The position numbers and the translations under genes were made by a program. DNA of 64,000 nt from positions 11,830 to 75,829 of IMG/VR virus record IMGVR_UViG_3300020185_000033. One strand, 5' to 3'. Positions 19,631 through 29,600 of this stretch are shown one piece after another. Within the stretch, counting starts at the first letter, position 1. Each line of letters begins with the position of its first letter. The notes under the pieces are model-generated. The model did not search any database, had not been told where the DNA came from, and worked only from the letters and a program-made list of their open reading frames with translations. The stretch is from a virus.

Positions 19631-20049
19631 TTGAGCTTCTTCTGTATCCATTTTATAGCCGCATATATTGTTAATCCATATACTGCAAATATTGTTAGTG
19701 GTACTGCCATATTAAGTATAACATCTATATCCAAGAACAACAAGTCCTTAGTAAAGTCGATGATTGCTTCTGCATCACCTTGTGCTGGCTGTACTGTTTC
19801 CGTTACATAATCATACTCCATACCAGCATCCATCATCATTGTGTTTAGTGCATCTTCTGTTAAACACTTGTAATATTGCTCCGGGCAATCTCCGACACCG
19901 CCATATCCTGTGCCAACTGGACTACCAAATATATCTGTGCCACCGGCTTCTAATTCTGCCTGTGTTTCGCCAGTTACACCAATCGGCACTGTGTTGTATG
20001 CATCGTCACCGACTGTGTGTCCGTGAAATGTTAAATCTTCATCATTCAT
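19627..20049 (-). CDS. Acidic protein with C-terminal transmembrane anchor
   Basis: D/E/G-rich N-terminus with CPEQYYKC, then hydrophobic VILNMAVPLTIFAVYGLTIYAAI followed by KWIQKKLK. GGAGG lies upstream. Confidence 0.7.
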   Translation of the reverse strand: MNDEDLTFHGHTVGDDAYNTVPIGVTGETQAELEAGGTDIFGSPVGTGYGGVGDCPEQYYKCLTEDALNTMMMDAGMEYDYVTETVQPAQGDAEAIIDFTKDLLFLDIDVILNMAVPLTIFAVYGLTIYAAIKWIQKKLK

Positions 20050-20215
20050 CTAATTTCCTCCATGACTCTTTAAACATGCAGAATCTTCTGTTACCGTCTT
20101 TTGTCTCGTAAACAAACTGCATTGATAAGAGTTGTACTACTTTGCCTTCGAACTTACCATTCAAAGTGCAAGTGTGTTCTATATTGTCTCCTAAGTTAGG
20201 TGTCTTTGTTGCCAT
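20042..20215 (-). CDS. Small hypothetical protein (57 aa)
   Basis: MATKTPNLGDNIEHTCTLNGKFEGKVVQLLSMQFVYETKDGNRRFCMFKESWRKLDE*. It fills the gap and is coupled TAATG to the upstream gene. Confidence 0.65.
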   Translation of the reverse strand: MATKTPNLGDNIEHTCTLNGKFEGKVVQLLSMQFVYETKDGNRRFCMFKESWRKLDE

Positions 20216-21474
20216 TATACTGTCTCCATCATTCTGTCAACTAGTGGATGTATGCCTTCTTCATAATTAAATGTGTGGTAACGCAAATAATTTTTAGAAT
20301 GCTCAAAAAACTTCCGCTGATTAAATTCCAACTTTTGCTGTACAGAATCACTGTAAAATAACTTGTGCAATTCCTCTGCAGGAGTTTCTATTATTTTACT
20401 TATTTGTTCTTCTACTTTACTTAGTCTTTCTTCTGCATCTAGTATGTCATCGTATGATTCGTCGAAGAATTCGGGAAAACTTTTAAAGCCTAATCTCTTC
20501 CATGTTTTCAAACTGCCTGGCAGTCCACATATCAGCATTGGTAATTTAAAAAATGCAGACTTTAATGTTTTCTCTGTAATGTATGCATACGTTATATCGT
20601 CTGTGTGTAATCTACTAGAGTACGGACTATGGTCGTAATTAAATACTTCCTTATGGTCAAAAAATGTTTCGGTGCTAATATAAGTGTATGCAGAGTTCAT
20701 CATTTCATGCTCAGGTCTATCCTGTAACTCAGATTGAGTAATCCTGTTAGAAAATGGTGCATCGCTTGTGTCTCTCTCCCAGTATGTGTACTTGCATTTA
20801 TCCTTATGTTTCTCACATAAATTAACAACGGCAGTTCTGTGATCTTTTACAATATTATTAAGTGTTAATACATGGTATTGCTTTTTATTATCTGTTTGTT
20901 CATAAACAGTATCACGGGCTAAGTTGTTGTAAATCATTCTAGGAAAATATATAGAATAATAGTTTATTGTTGCTTTAGGCAATGCTTGCCTATATAAATC
21001 GACTACATCATAATTTACTAAATCCATAATAATATTTTCTTGCTTTACTTTCTGTGTAGCATTTATGAACCATTCTATTCTCTTTTGCTCGTTGCCTCCA
21101 TATAAATCGTAGCCGTTTGAAAAACGCCATTTTAGATTATCGAAGCCAGGTGTTCCCACATACTGATCTATTATTCCTTCTAGTTCGTCGCAATCAATGT
21201 CGTACCATGGATACACCCTAAAGCCTAAATCAATTATGTACGATACTGTATTTCTTCTTGCATCTGCTTCCATCATTTGCTTCAATGTAAATGAGGTAAC
21301 TTGACGTAACTTTATATCATACCCATATTCTGTTAATTTAGTAAGCACTTGGTGGTCATAATTGTGTGTACAAATTTTATTATTGAACTCTCCTAAATAG
21401 AACATGCCCCTATCTTGCATCTGTGGTTTGGGCGTAAAATAATGCACAAGTTTTTCAATCACTGCACGTTCCAT
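20215..21474 (-). CDS. Glycosyltransferase-like protein (GT10-like C-terminal motif)
   Basis: LTLNNIVKDHR, ISTETFF...YITEKTLKSAFFKLPMLICG and GFKSFPEFFDESYD. Closest to 8839-10161. Confidence 0.5.
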   Translation of the reverse strand: MERAVIEKLVHYFTPKPQMQDRGMFYLGEFNNKICTHNYDHQVLTKLTEYGYDIKLRQVTSFTLKQMMEADARRNTVSYIIDLGFRVYPWYDIDCDELEGIIDQYVGTPGFDNLKWRFSNGYDLYGGNEQKRIEWFINATQKVKQENIIMDLVNYDVVDLYRQALPKATINYYSIYFPRMIYNNLARDTVYEQTDNKKQYHVLTLNNIVKDHRTAVVNLCEKHKDKCKYTYWERDTSDAPFSNRITQSELQDRPEHEMMNSAYTYISTETFFDHKEVFNYDHSPYSSRLHTDDITYAYITEKTLKSAFFKLPMLICGLPGSLKTWKRLGFKSFPEFFDESYDDILDAEERLSKVEEQISKIIETPAEELHKLFYSDSVQQKLEFNQRKFFEHSKNYLRYHTFNYEEGIHPLVDRMMETV

Positions 21475-21668
21475 TCCATGTTTTCTTCTAATGCATACTG
21501 TACGCCATGTATGTAATCTCGATCCTCTTCGCTAAGAACCTCCCATGCAAACGTTACCTTATCTAGTAAGTCGTGTACTTTTTGCGGGTCTGCAAGATGT
21601 TCATTTGCTTCCATGATACGTTGTATCTCATCCATCCTGTTGTTTAATTTATCTCTTAGGTTAGACAT
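21459..21668 (-). CDS. Small helical hypothetical protein
   Basis: 69-aa ORF overlapping both neighbours, with AGGAG upstream. Confidence 0.65.
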   Translation of the reverse strand: MSNLRDKLNNRMDEIQRIMEANEHLADPQKVHDLLDKVTFAWEVLSEEDRDYIHGVQYALEENMEWNVQ

Positions 21669-22545
21669 ACTGTAATAACTCCTTGCTTATTCTGTTTATT
21701 GCCCACTTGTTCATTACATGAATATCCAGTCCCCGCCACTTACATAACATAAAGTCGCCTAAACTTTTTGGTTTCTCGAGATAAAAAATAAGTTCATTTA
21801 GTGCCGGAGCACTGTGAACGTCATCTGTATCAAAAGTTTTATATAAGTGCGGGACCGGAAGTTGTGGAATACCTTTGTCTACGAAACCACCTAGCATGTG
21901 TGCCGCGACACTAAAACTGTAGTCATTTCGGTATAGTTGCCCAGGCCATTTGTATACGTCTTGGTAAAATTCTCTGTTGTCTCTAACATGCTTAACGGTC
22001 TCAAACATTTGTTCTGCAAATTCTGTTTTACGAAAATACACCACAGTTGCCCAATACATTGTTATGCCAGTTGGACTTAAACGTCTTAGTGTATCGTCAG
22101 TACGTTCGGTCATTATATCTTCGTATGACCAGTTCATCATAAACTCGTTGTCATGTCCCCAACAACTATTCAAGGTGTTGCTTAATATTAAATAATCAGC
22201 GTCTATTAGTATAGTTTCGTCGTAAGGTGATATATTGTATGCGTCACATCTATCAACGTTGTAGAAGGGCAATGGCTTGCTTGTATGGCTGGTATCTTTG
22301 TACAGTCTGGTATTGGAACGTTTAAAGTTTTTATCTTTTTCTGTAATTACAATATTAGATACTGCATCGTGTACAAAGTCTTTGCCTAGTTTTTCTGTTG
22401 TATAATCGTAACTGTGTTGGTTTGTTACAACTGTGATGTCATGTATGTCGCAATTTTTTTTGATTAGATATGCATTTACTACAGCAAGTTTAAGATAGTC
22501 TATTTCCTCATTGTTATGAGCAAACATTAAAAAGCCTTTAGTCAT
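21661..22545 (-). CDS. Putative GT-A glycosyltransferase
   Basis: KGFLMFA...DYLKLA...ISPYDETILIDAD (DxD)...YRNDYSFS...HVMNK. Confidence 0.7.
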   Translation of the reverse strand: MTKGFLMFAHNNEEIDYLKLAVVNAYLIKKNCDIHDITVVTNQHSYDYTTEKLGKDFVHDAVSNIVITEKDKNFKRSNTRLYKDTSHTSKPLPFYNVDRCDAYNISPYDETILIDADYLILSNTLNSCWGHDNEFMMNWSYEDIMTERTDDTLRRLSPTGITMYWATVVYFRKTEFAEQMFETVKHVRDNREFYQDVYKWPGQLYRNDYSFSVAAHMLGGFVDKGIPQLPVPHLYKTFDTDDVHSAPALNELIFYLEKPKSLGDFMLCKWRGLDIHVMNKWAINRISKELLQYV

Positions 22546-22897
22546 CTAAATCTAAATCTATCAACTTATGTACTTTTCTACTTTTCCTCAACTTAGTGTA
22601 TTCTGCGTGATATTCGTTAGTTGCTTCAAAGTACCTTGATAGAATTTCCTCTAGAAACTCGTCTAAATCTTCGACTTGAATTGGATTGTTATAAACATCC
22701 AGCAGTACTGCATTGTCATATCCTTTGTCCATTAATAGTTTAACAAACGATATAAGCTCTTGTGATATTTCAAACGTACCTCCATTAAGACTGTAACTTA
22801 ACAGTGTTTGAACTTTTGCCTTCAAGGCATTGTGTTGTACATTAAGAGTTGTTCTGTAGTTCGCGAACTCTAATGCTTTAGTTAGTTTAGACGACAT
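22538..22897 (-). CDS. Hypothetical phage protein
   Basis: ORF MSSKLTKALEFANYRTTL... The start is placed at ATG 22897, 5 nt after GATAAATA (22903-22910). Confidence 0.7.
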   Translation of the reverse strand: MSSKLTKALEFANYRTTLNVQHNALKAKVQTLLSYSLNGGTFEISQELISFVKLLMDKGYDNAVLLDVYNNPIQVEDLDEFLEEILSRYFEATNEYHAEYTKLRKSRKVHKLIDLDLDD

Positions 22898-22914
22898 AGT
22901 CATATTTATCAGTC

Positions 22915-22947
22915 AAAAAAAAGCCAGTTACGATGAACTGGCTTTTT
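22915..22947 (-). terminator. Rho-independent terminator (possibly bidirectional)
   Basis: Inverted repeat aaaaagccagtt-acgatg-aactggcttttt. On the minus strand the stem is followed by an 8-U tract, just after the stop of 22962-24008. Confidence 0.85.
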
Positions 22948-22961
22948 AATTTGTTTAAATT

Positions 22962-24008
22962 TTATATACCATTTGTGGTACTAAAAGTTGGTGCAGATAT
23001 AACAACACCGTTATTTGCACGTTTAGTTTGGATAGTACTTGATATTGTACCGTCTACACTGTCAACGTATCCAACACTATCGTCACTGTTACCGTCGATA
23101 CCGTCAGCACCAATACCATCGCCTAATGCGTGGTCGTCTCTCATTGTAACTGTGAATGTTAAAACAGTTGGGTTAGTTGTTGAATTCACTTTCCCTTCTA
23201 TTCTATAATAGTTACTTGCATACGCACCTGAACCATACTTAATATATAGTTGCTGATTACTTGTGGACAATTCATAAAAACCTTTACTTGCACTTGTACC
23301 TGTTGCACCTGAACTAGATAAGTTGTTTAAATCAAATGTTAATGTTCCCATTGCACTTAATAATGCTGTCCAGTTTGCATTCTGTGAACCAATTGTTCCT
23401 GCGGCACTACCTGATGTACCACCACTTCTTGCGCCTGTGAATAATACTTTGCCACCTGCATTAAAGAATGCTCTACAATGTGCTTCACTGCTGAATGTCA
23501 AAGTAAATATGTGGTCAATAGCTGGTGTACCTGAACTACCCCATCCTGTTGTTCTTGAACTTGAACCTGCGGAATCTGTTGTTAAACTTCCGTTAGGTAC
23601 ATTTAATCTACCGTCAAAAACATCTTTAACATCATCCATTAAGTTAGACCAATCACTTGCTGTCATTGAGTCACCTGCAGAACTATCTGAAGATGAACTA
23701 GAATTAAGTGAATGTCCTACGAATGTTGCCAGTGCCTGAACCTCATCCTGCAGGTTCTTATATCCGGTTGTACTATCAACTGCTTGGATCGACGATCCTG
23801 AAGTAGCATTTAAACTACCTGTTGATTGATTGTAACCCCATGTGTTACTGGCAGTATAAGTGCCAAGTGTGATGTCATTGGGTGTGCCTAACTGTCTATA
23901 AACGTTAGCCACCATATTATTGAAATCAGCAGTACCAATTGTGTCACCCGTTACGACCTGAGTCATATTAGTTCCACCTGTTACTGTTAGTGTTGAGCCG
24001 CTTGGCAT
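22962..24008 (-). CDS. Ser/Thr/Gly-rich virion structural protein
   Basis: Very S/T/G-rich, with TLTFSSEAHCRAFFNAGG-type repeat-protein segments. It lies in the tail module and has AGGAG and GGTAAATA upstream. Confidence 0.65.
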   Translation of the reverse strand: MPSGSTLTVTGGTNMTQVVTGDTIGTADFNNMVANVYRQLGTPNDITLGTYTASNTWGYNQSTGSLNATSGSSIQAVDSTTGYKNLQDEVQALATFVGHSLNSSSSSDSSAGDSMTASDWSNLMDDVKDVFDGRLNVPNGSLTTDSAGSSSRTTGWGSSGTPAIDHIFTLTFSSEAHCRAFFNAGGKVLFTGARSGGTSGSAAGTIGSQNANWTALLSAMGTLTFDLNNLSSSGATGTSASKGFYELSTSNQQLYIKYGSGAYASNYYRIEGKVNSTTNPTVLTFTVTMRDDHALGDGIGADGIDGNSDDSVGYVDSVDGTISSTIQTKRANNGVVISAPTFSTTNGI

Positions 24009-24044
24009 AATCTTCTCCTACGAAATTTATTACTACTATTTACC

Positions 24045-26009
24045 TTATTTAACTCCGATGACCGCTTCTATAGTTCCTTCATCGCCGTTATCTTTATCTT
24101 CTAATGATCTTCCTATAACTGCTTGTATCGGAGTCTCTTCGTCTGCCGCCCATGCTAGTCCTGGAACATCACTTGATGTTAATCTTTGTCCTTTCTTAAC
24201 CTTACCAATTACTTTAACTGGAACTCGTCCTGCTAATGCTACTGGAACACCGTCTGCTTGACTGTTCATTAAGTATGCTGGACTAGTAGATACTACACCA
24301 AATACTTCAATGTCTGCATGTTCAGTTGTCATTGTTACTTCAGCTTCACCGCCTATTTTAACAACTGTGCCTGCTTCGTAGTCCGTATCAGCTGAATATA
24401 TCTCAGCCAAATCCGCAAACTGTGCCGAAGTTGCTTCACCGTCAAATGTCGTTGCTGTTACTGTTCCACTAAACGTACCGTTAGTACCGCCTGTAATTGA
24501 GCCGCCGTTAATACTAAGTGCTCCATCAGTAACTGTACTACCTTGAACAGTACCAGCGAATGTGCCTGTTGTACCGTTAAGTGTAGTTATGTTACCTGTT
24601 GCAATTGTGGCTACACCTGTTAAGTTTGCAGTTACACCGTCAAATATTGAACTGAATACTGTGCCAAACTTTGTACCTGCATTACCTAACGTTGCTGAGT
24701 TATCAGCCGCCAATGTTGCGCCATCTAATGTTTTGTTACTCATTGTGGCTACACCATTTGTTGTGATAACTGCGTCACCACTAACATCTACTACAATAGC
24801 ACCTGTTACAGGATTTCTTAAATCTCCGTAGAAACCTAAGTTATTAGTCCACACATTGCCTTCATTAACAACTACGTTTGAAGCCCAAACTTCATCAATT
24901 GGTGCTGAGTTAGAACCAAATGTTTCTACGTTTAGACCACTAATGCCGCCGCCGTTTGCAAGTGTAATATTAGATACATATAAGTTATCAACAGGAGCAT
25001 CACTTTCACCAATGTCTAAAACAACACTAGTTGAACCGCCTGTTTTTGCTTTCTTGATGTACTGTGACGTACCTGATGCTGGGTCACCAATAAATATAGT
25101 GTCAACGTGTAGCTGACTAAATCTTGAACCAGCCGCACCCAACGTTTCGTTATCTGTTGTTGTAGGCACATAGCTCTTACCCTCATGGATAATTGCGTTT
25201 GCATCTACTTCACCTGCACCTGTTAGAATAGCATTTGATCTATCAGCCTGTGTTGCCACGTTTGCCAATGCAATAGCCGTTGATGCATATTTGTTTCTAA
25301 GGTTTAAACCAGGCTTAATAACACTTCCGATACCATCTGAATCTGTCATTTGTGAATATAAGTTTGTGTCTGCTAAACCTTCAATCTTCCATGATAGGGC
25401 AGAATCAATAGTAAATGCCGCATGGTCACTGAATATAGCCATGATGCTCTCACCACCACTAAATCCTGCTAAACCATTGTTGCCGTCATTCACATACATA
25501 AGTGCTAATACTGAATGGAAAATACCATCATCGCCTGGTACATACATACTTCTAAGTCTTGTACCATAAGCACTTGGACTACCTACATTAGATGTTCCAC
25601 TGTATTCGTTTGACACTTTACCTGCATACGAAGTATCTACAAAAGTAGTTCCGTTATGCACTTTTAATTTGTCGTCCACTGTATCAAAGTAAGCAGTACC
25701 TGAATCTACACCGCCGCTAGGTGCCGCCGCACTTACTGTGATACTCATTCTTTGCCAACCAGATCCGTCATAAACTCTCATCACGTCTTCTGTCTTATCA
25801 TACCAAATCTGACCTTCTAAAGGAATATCAGGAGTTGGTGCTGATGTACTGGCAAAGTTTTCTAAATGTCTTATAGAGTTTTGAACAAAATATTGTCCAT
25901 ATCCCGATACATTTCTACCGACCAGTGCAACGCTGAAAGAAGAGTTAACCTGACTAGCGGCTACGTTGATGGTCTTCGAACCATCTGTATTTTGTACTGA
26001 ATAAGTCAT
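24045..26009 (-). CDS. Tail fibre/baseplate-attached fibre with C-terminal intramolecular chaperone (Peptidase G2/S74-like autocleavage domain)
   Basis: N-terminal LVGRNVSGYG...LENFAS...EGQIWYD, G/T-rich beta repeats, and C-terminal ADLAEIY...GTVVKIGGEAEV...GVVST.PAYLMN...VALAGRVPVKV. Confidence 0.8.
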   Translation of the reverse strand: MTYSVQNTDGSKTINVAASQVNSSFSVALVGRNVSGYGQYFVQNSIRHLENFASTSAPTPDIPLEGQIWYDKTEDVMRVYDGSGWQRMSITVSAAAPSGGVDSGTAYFDTVDDKLKVHNGTTFVDTSYAGKVSNEYSGTSNVGSPSAYGTRLRSMYVPGDDGIFHSVLALMYVNDGNNGLAGFSGGESIMAIFSDHAAFTIDSALSWKIEGLADTNLYSQMTDSDGIGSVIKPGLNLRNKYASTAIALANVATQADRSNAILTGAGEVDANAIIHEGKSYVPTTTDNETLGAAGSRFSQLHVDTIFIGDPASGTSQYIKKAKTGGSTSVVLDIGESDAPVDNLYVSNITLANGGGISGLNVETFGSNSAPIDEVWASNVVVNEGNVWTNNLGFYGDLRNPVTGAIVVDVSGDAVITTNGVATMSNKTLDGATLAADNSATLGNAGTKFGTVFSSIFDGVTANLTGVATIATGNITTLNGTTGTFAGTVQGSTVTDGALSINGGSITGGTNGTFSGTVTATTFDGEATSAQFADLAEIYSADTDYEAGTVVKIGGEAEVTMTTEHADIEVFGVVSTSPAYLMNSQADGVPVALAGRVPVKVIGKVKKGQRLTSSDVPGLAWAADEETPIQAVIGRSLEDKDNGDEGTIEAVIGVK

Positions 26010-26027
26010 TTGTTTTTATCCTCTATA

Positions 26028-26651
26028 TTAATTTAACTGTACTCTGACAGTATATATTATTTCTATTGTTCTGTTTGCACTCTTTTGAACTGGGTGAAAT
26101 ATTACATGTGTTAACAACTTACTATCCGCTGGATCTGTTGCATAACTTAGTAAACCTAGTTCGTCAAAAACATAAGTTCCTTCGTTAGTAGTGCTACTAT
26201 CGAAGTCGTCCTGTCCCGCAGGCTGATTATAGCCTAACGTACAAGTAATTTTTAAATCTGTAAAACTAGTACCTGTGATTATTTCTATCTTGTCTGTACT
26301 AGTATTATTACTTACAACTTTCTCATAAGTTCTACTGTACAGAGTGGCACTATTTTCAAATGATTCACTTACCCTCGGTGCTTTGTAAATTACTTTACCT
26401 GCAGAGTCAACCGATGTTGCTCCGTTACCAAAAGCCATAAAGTGAATGTATGCACCTGCTTGGTTAGTAAGTGCATTTGCAATCATGTTAGCCATATTAC
26501 CGTAGTGGATGGCGTTTCTCTTATTGATAAGTTCCTCACCGGTATCTACATCTCTAATCAGGATATGTCCTGACATCTTGATACCTGCTTGTTCGTCTAT
26601 CGGCTTGTCATTTTTCATGTCAATCTCGGCTTTATCATTGCTGTTGTTCAT
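26028..26651 (-). CDS. Virion (baseplate/tail) structural protein
   Basis: GHILIRD...NAIHYGN...FGNG...FDELGL...LLTHVIFHPVQKS. It lies between the fibre and the giant baseplate protein. The start is placed at ATG 26651, 5 nt after GATAAATA. Confidence 0.65.
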   Translation of the reverse strand: MNNSNDKAEIDMKNDKPIDEQAGIKMSGHILIRDVDTGEELINKRNAIHYGNMANMIANALTNQAGAYIHFMAFGNGATSVDSAGKVIYKAPRVSESFENSATLYSRTYEKVVSNNTSTDKIEIITGTSFTDLKITCTLGYNQPAGQDDFDSSTTNEGTYVFDELGLLSYATDPADSKLLTHVIFHPVQKSANRTIEIIYTVRVQLN

Positions 26652-26656
26652 ATTCT

Positions 26657-26688
26657 TATTTATCACTTTTCATTATATATTGTTTTAA
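26657..26688 (-). promoter_or_regulatory. Putative late promoter, TTAAAA-N18-GATAAATA
   Basis: Minus strand reads ttaaaa caatatataatgaaaagt gataaata agaat ATG. Confidence 0.65.
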
Positions 26689-26691
26689 TTC

Positions 26692-29600
26692 TTACTCAAA
26701 ATTGTGCAAAAAGTCAATTATACTTACATTTGATTTAAGTACCGTACCTTTATCAGTAAGACTGCCTGCTTCTTTCTGCTCTTTATCACCTGAATCCCAA
26801 CCATTAACTTCATCTATGTCAAAGGATGGTAGTGTGAAATTCTCTACCTCGTTTGAAGTAGGCTTAAATGCACCCGCTACATTGGCATTAGCAAATGTTA
26901 CATTACTATTATCTTCTAACCAACTAGAGTCAAAACCATATGTAATATTGCCTGCATCACCATCATACGTTACGTTTGCATAGTTTACATTGGCACTAGT
27001 TACTGTTAGGCTACCATTACCATCCCAATCGTCATCAAACGGTATAGTGTCGTCAAAGATTTCAACTGGTTTAATCCAATTAAAGTCTTCCGGATCTCTG
27101 ATTAACTTACCATTCGCATCACGCAATCTAATGTTCTCAGTTTCTTCACCGTTATACACATGTGCGCCTACTTGAATAATTGTATTAGGCGTAGTACCTT
27201 TTGTTCCTCTTATAATACCAGATATAGAATTAGTGAGTGTGTTTACTTGTTCGTACTCTATTCTCTCACCATTAATCCAAATAACTGCTCTGTCTTGCTT
27301 AGTAGCTCTCGGTAACTTACTAACATCAGCAAATATAATTTCATTATCCCAAACTTCTAGTTCTGTTGCTACTGTTGTTAACGGTGTAACATTACGTCTG
27401 TAATATTCTGTATGGCCAAATATGTCCATGAATACCATAAAGCGTACATCTGTACTGTCTTGGCTAATTTGGACATTACCCTGTGTAGTAACATCCATTA
27501 CTAGTGTTTCTAGTGGTTGTACAACTACAAGTTCTTCTGGTCTATCTGGACCGTACTGTGACTTCAAGAATGTTACAGAATCGAAACCGTATACTGTTTG
27601 ATCGTCAACTCTATAATTAACATTACCTTGTGTGTCTTCGTCAAATATGCCTATGAAGTTGTTAACTTCTACTTCTCTATCAAACAAGCCATCGTCCCAA
27701 CCAAAAGTATCAAAACCTCTTGTGTCAGTATAATGTGTTGTGGGATGAGTTCCAGGAACAACATCAGTAAATATATTTCCGTCTAACTCTTGTCCTTGGA
27801 ATGTTGCATGTACTTTGCTCTTCACTAAGTTTAGTGCTGTTGTTAAATTACCACTGTTAACCATATCAGTTACTAAACTAATATTTGTAGTTATAGCAGT
27901 ATTTGAACCTGCACCTACACCATATGCTAAATCAAATGCATTAGTTACTTCTGTACGGACTGCTGGGTTAAACTTCCATAAACGTTCTGGTGCTGTCCAC
28001 TGTAGTGAAGTATTTGATATTGAAGTATTGGAAGCAGTTTCTACAGCAACAATATTCTTAGCAATAGAAACATTCATAGTTTCTAGAGTTGGATCAAAAC
28101 CGTCTATATACTTAACTTCTATCTTGTCACCGTTGTTTGGTAGCCCAATTGCATTATTAACATTTGCGTCATTACTAAATGATATGAACGAGTTACCAAC
28201 ATCAACGGCATAATTAGTAATTGTTGCTCCGGCGCTTGTTGAAGTTTTATCAACCTTCTTGCCATTTACAAATATCTGTAGTCTATCCGAATCTTCTACT
28301 GCAAAGTTTAAGTTAAACACAGATGCTGTTCCGTCTGCAATAATAGTTTGCACTGCACCGCCTGTGCTGTTCTCATACAATGCACCTTTAACTCTATCAA
28401 ACACAATTGTTTGATCCAAGCTTCTTATTTTAGAAGGTGTAGAGCTAAAACCAGTATAGTCCTTGTCAGTATTAAGCACCACTAAATCATCTGCATTGTT
28501 GGAATCTAATATTCTAACAGACTTTGTGTCTTCATCATAAAACGGAGGCCTATCAAAGTCAGATGTACTGCCGGACATTATTTCTACTGGTGCTTTTTTA
28601 ATATCGCTATAGTTTCTAATTTTACTACTGTAAGGTTTCACTTCATTAAAGTACTCAACTGCTTTATCAAAGTTATCAATCTTAAATCCTTTAAATGGTA
28701 TTAAGTCTGTTTCTTCTTTAACAATTTTCAAGTAAGTCGTCTTAAATGCCCAATCAAGTTCTCCTTGTTCTGCGTATGCATACTTTAACATTTCAAAGAA
28801 GAACTTGTTCCAATGTACTGCGTATGTGTCAACAAACACATGTTTGTAAAGCACATCTAGTATTTGTCTAACTTCTTTACCTAATGTTAGGCTTTGTCCT
28901 GAACTGTATACACTCTTAACCCAACGTATAGTTTCATTTTCCATTGCAATTAACTTAAAGGTATCAGTTTTCTTAGTGTATTCGTAAAGTGTATACCTTG
29001 TAGAATCATTCTTCTGTACTTGTATAATACTCTTGTCTAGTACATTTTGTAATAAATCGAACTGTTTTGTATCAGTAACCTTTCTAAGTGGCTTGTATGT
29101 ATTATCGTAATATATTACAGCATTATTAGTTTTGTCTGTTCTTAGATGCTCATACCAGTTTACTCTTTCTATATAAGAGTAGGCTGTTGGCAAGTTGTCT
29201 CTCCAATTTAAGAATGTTGATTCCATCTGTATTTGCTTGAATATGTCATTTAGAATAACAAACATTTGCTTTCTTGCTTTCTTAATATCTTTAAACATTG
29301 TTTGTCTAGGTCTAAACTTAGAGCCGTATCTTTCGGAAACACTAAGCCCGGAACCAGGTACTGCTTGATCCAATGCATTAAACCCTGCTAAACTGTCAAT
29401 CAATTTAACACTTAAATTGTCTGGTATAGTTCCATCTCTATCTCCTTCGCCCGCTAATGACCAACTGCTATGCTTTTGTGCATTTTCAGTATCCTTACGT
29501 TTAAAGTTTACACTTAATATGCTATCGTCTGTTTTAATCAATGAGCCCATGGTATTAACAACCAATCCATCAGGTGATATAATACCTGTATATGGAACTC

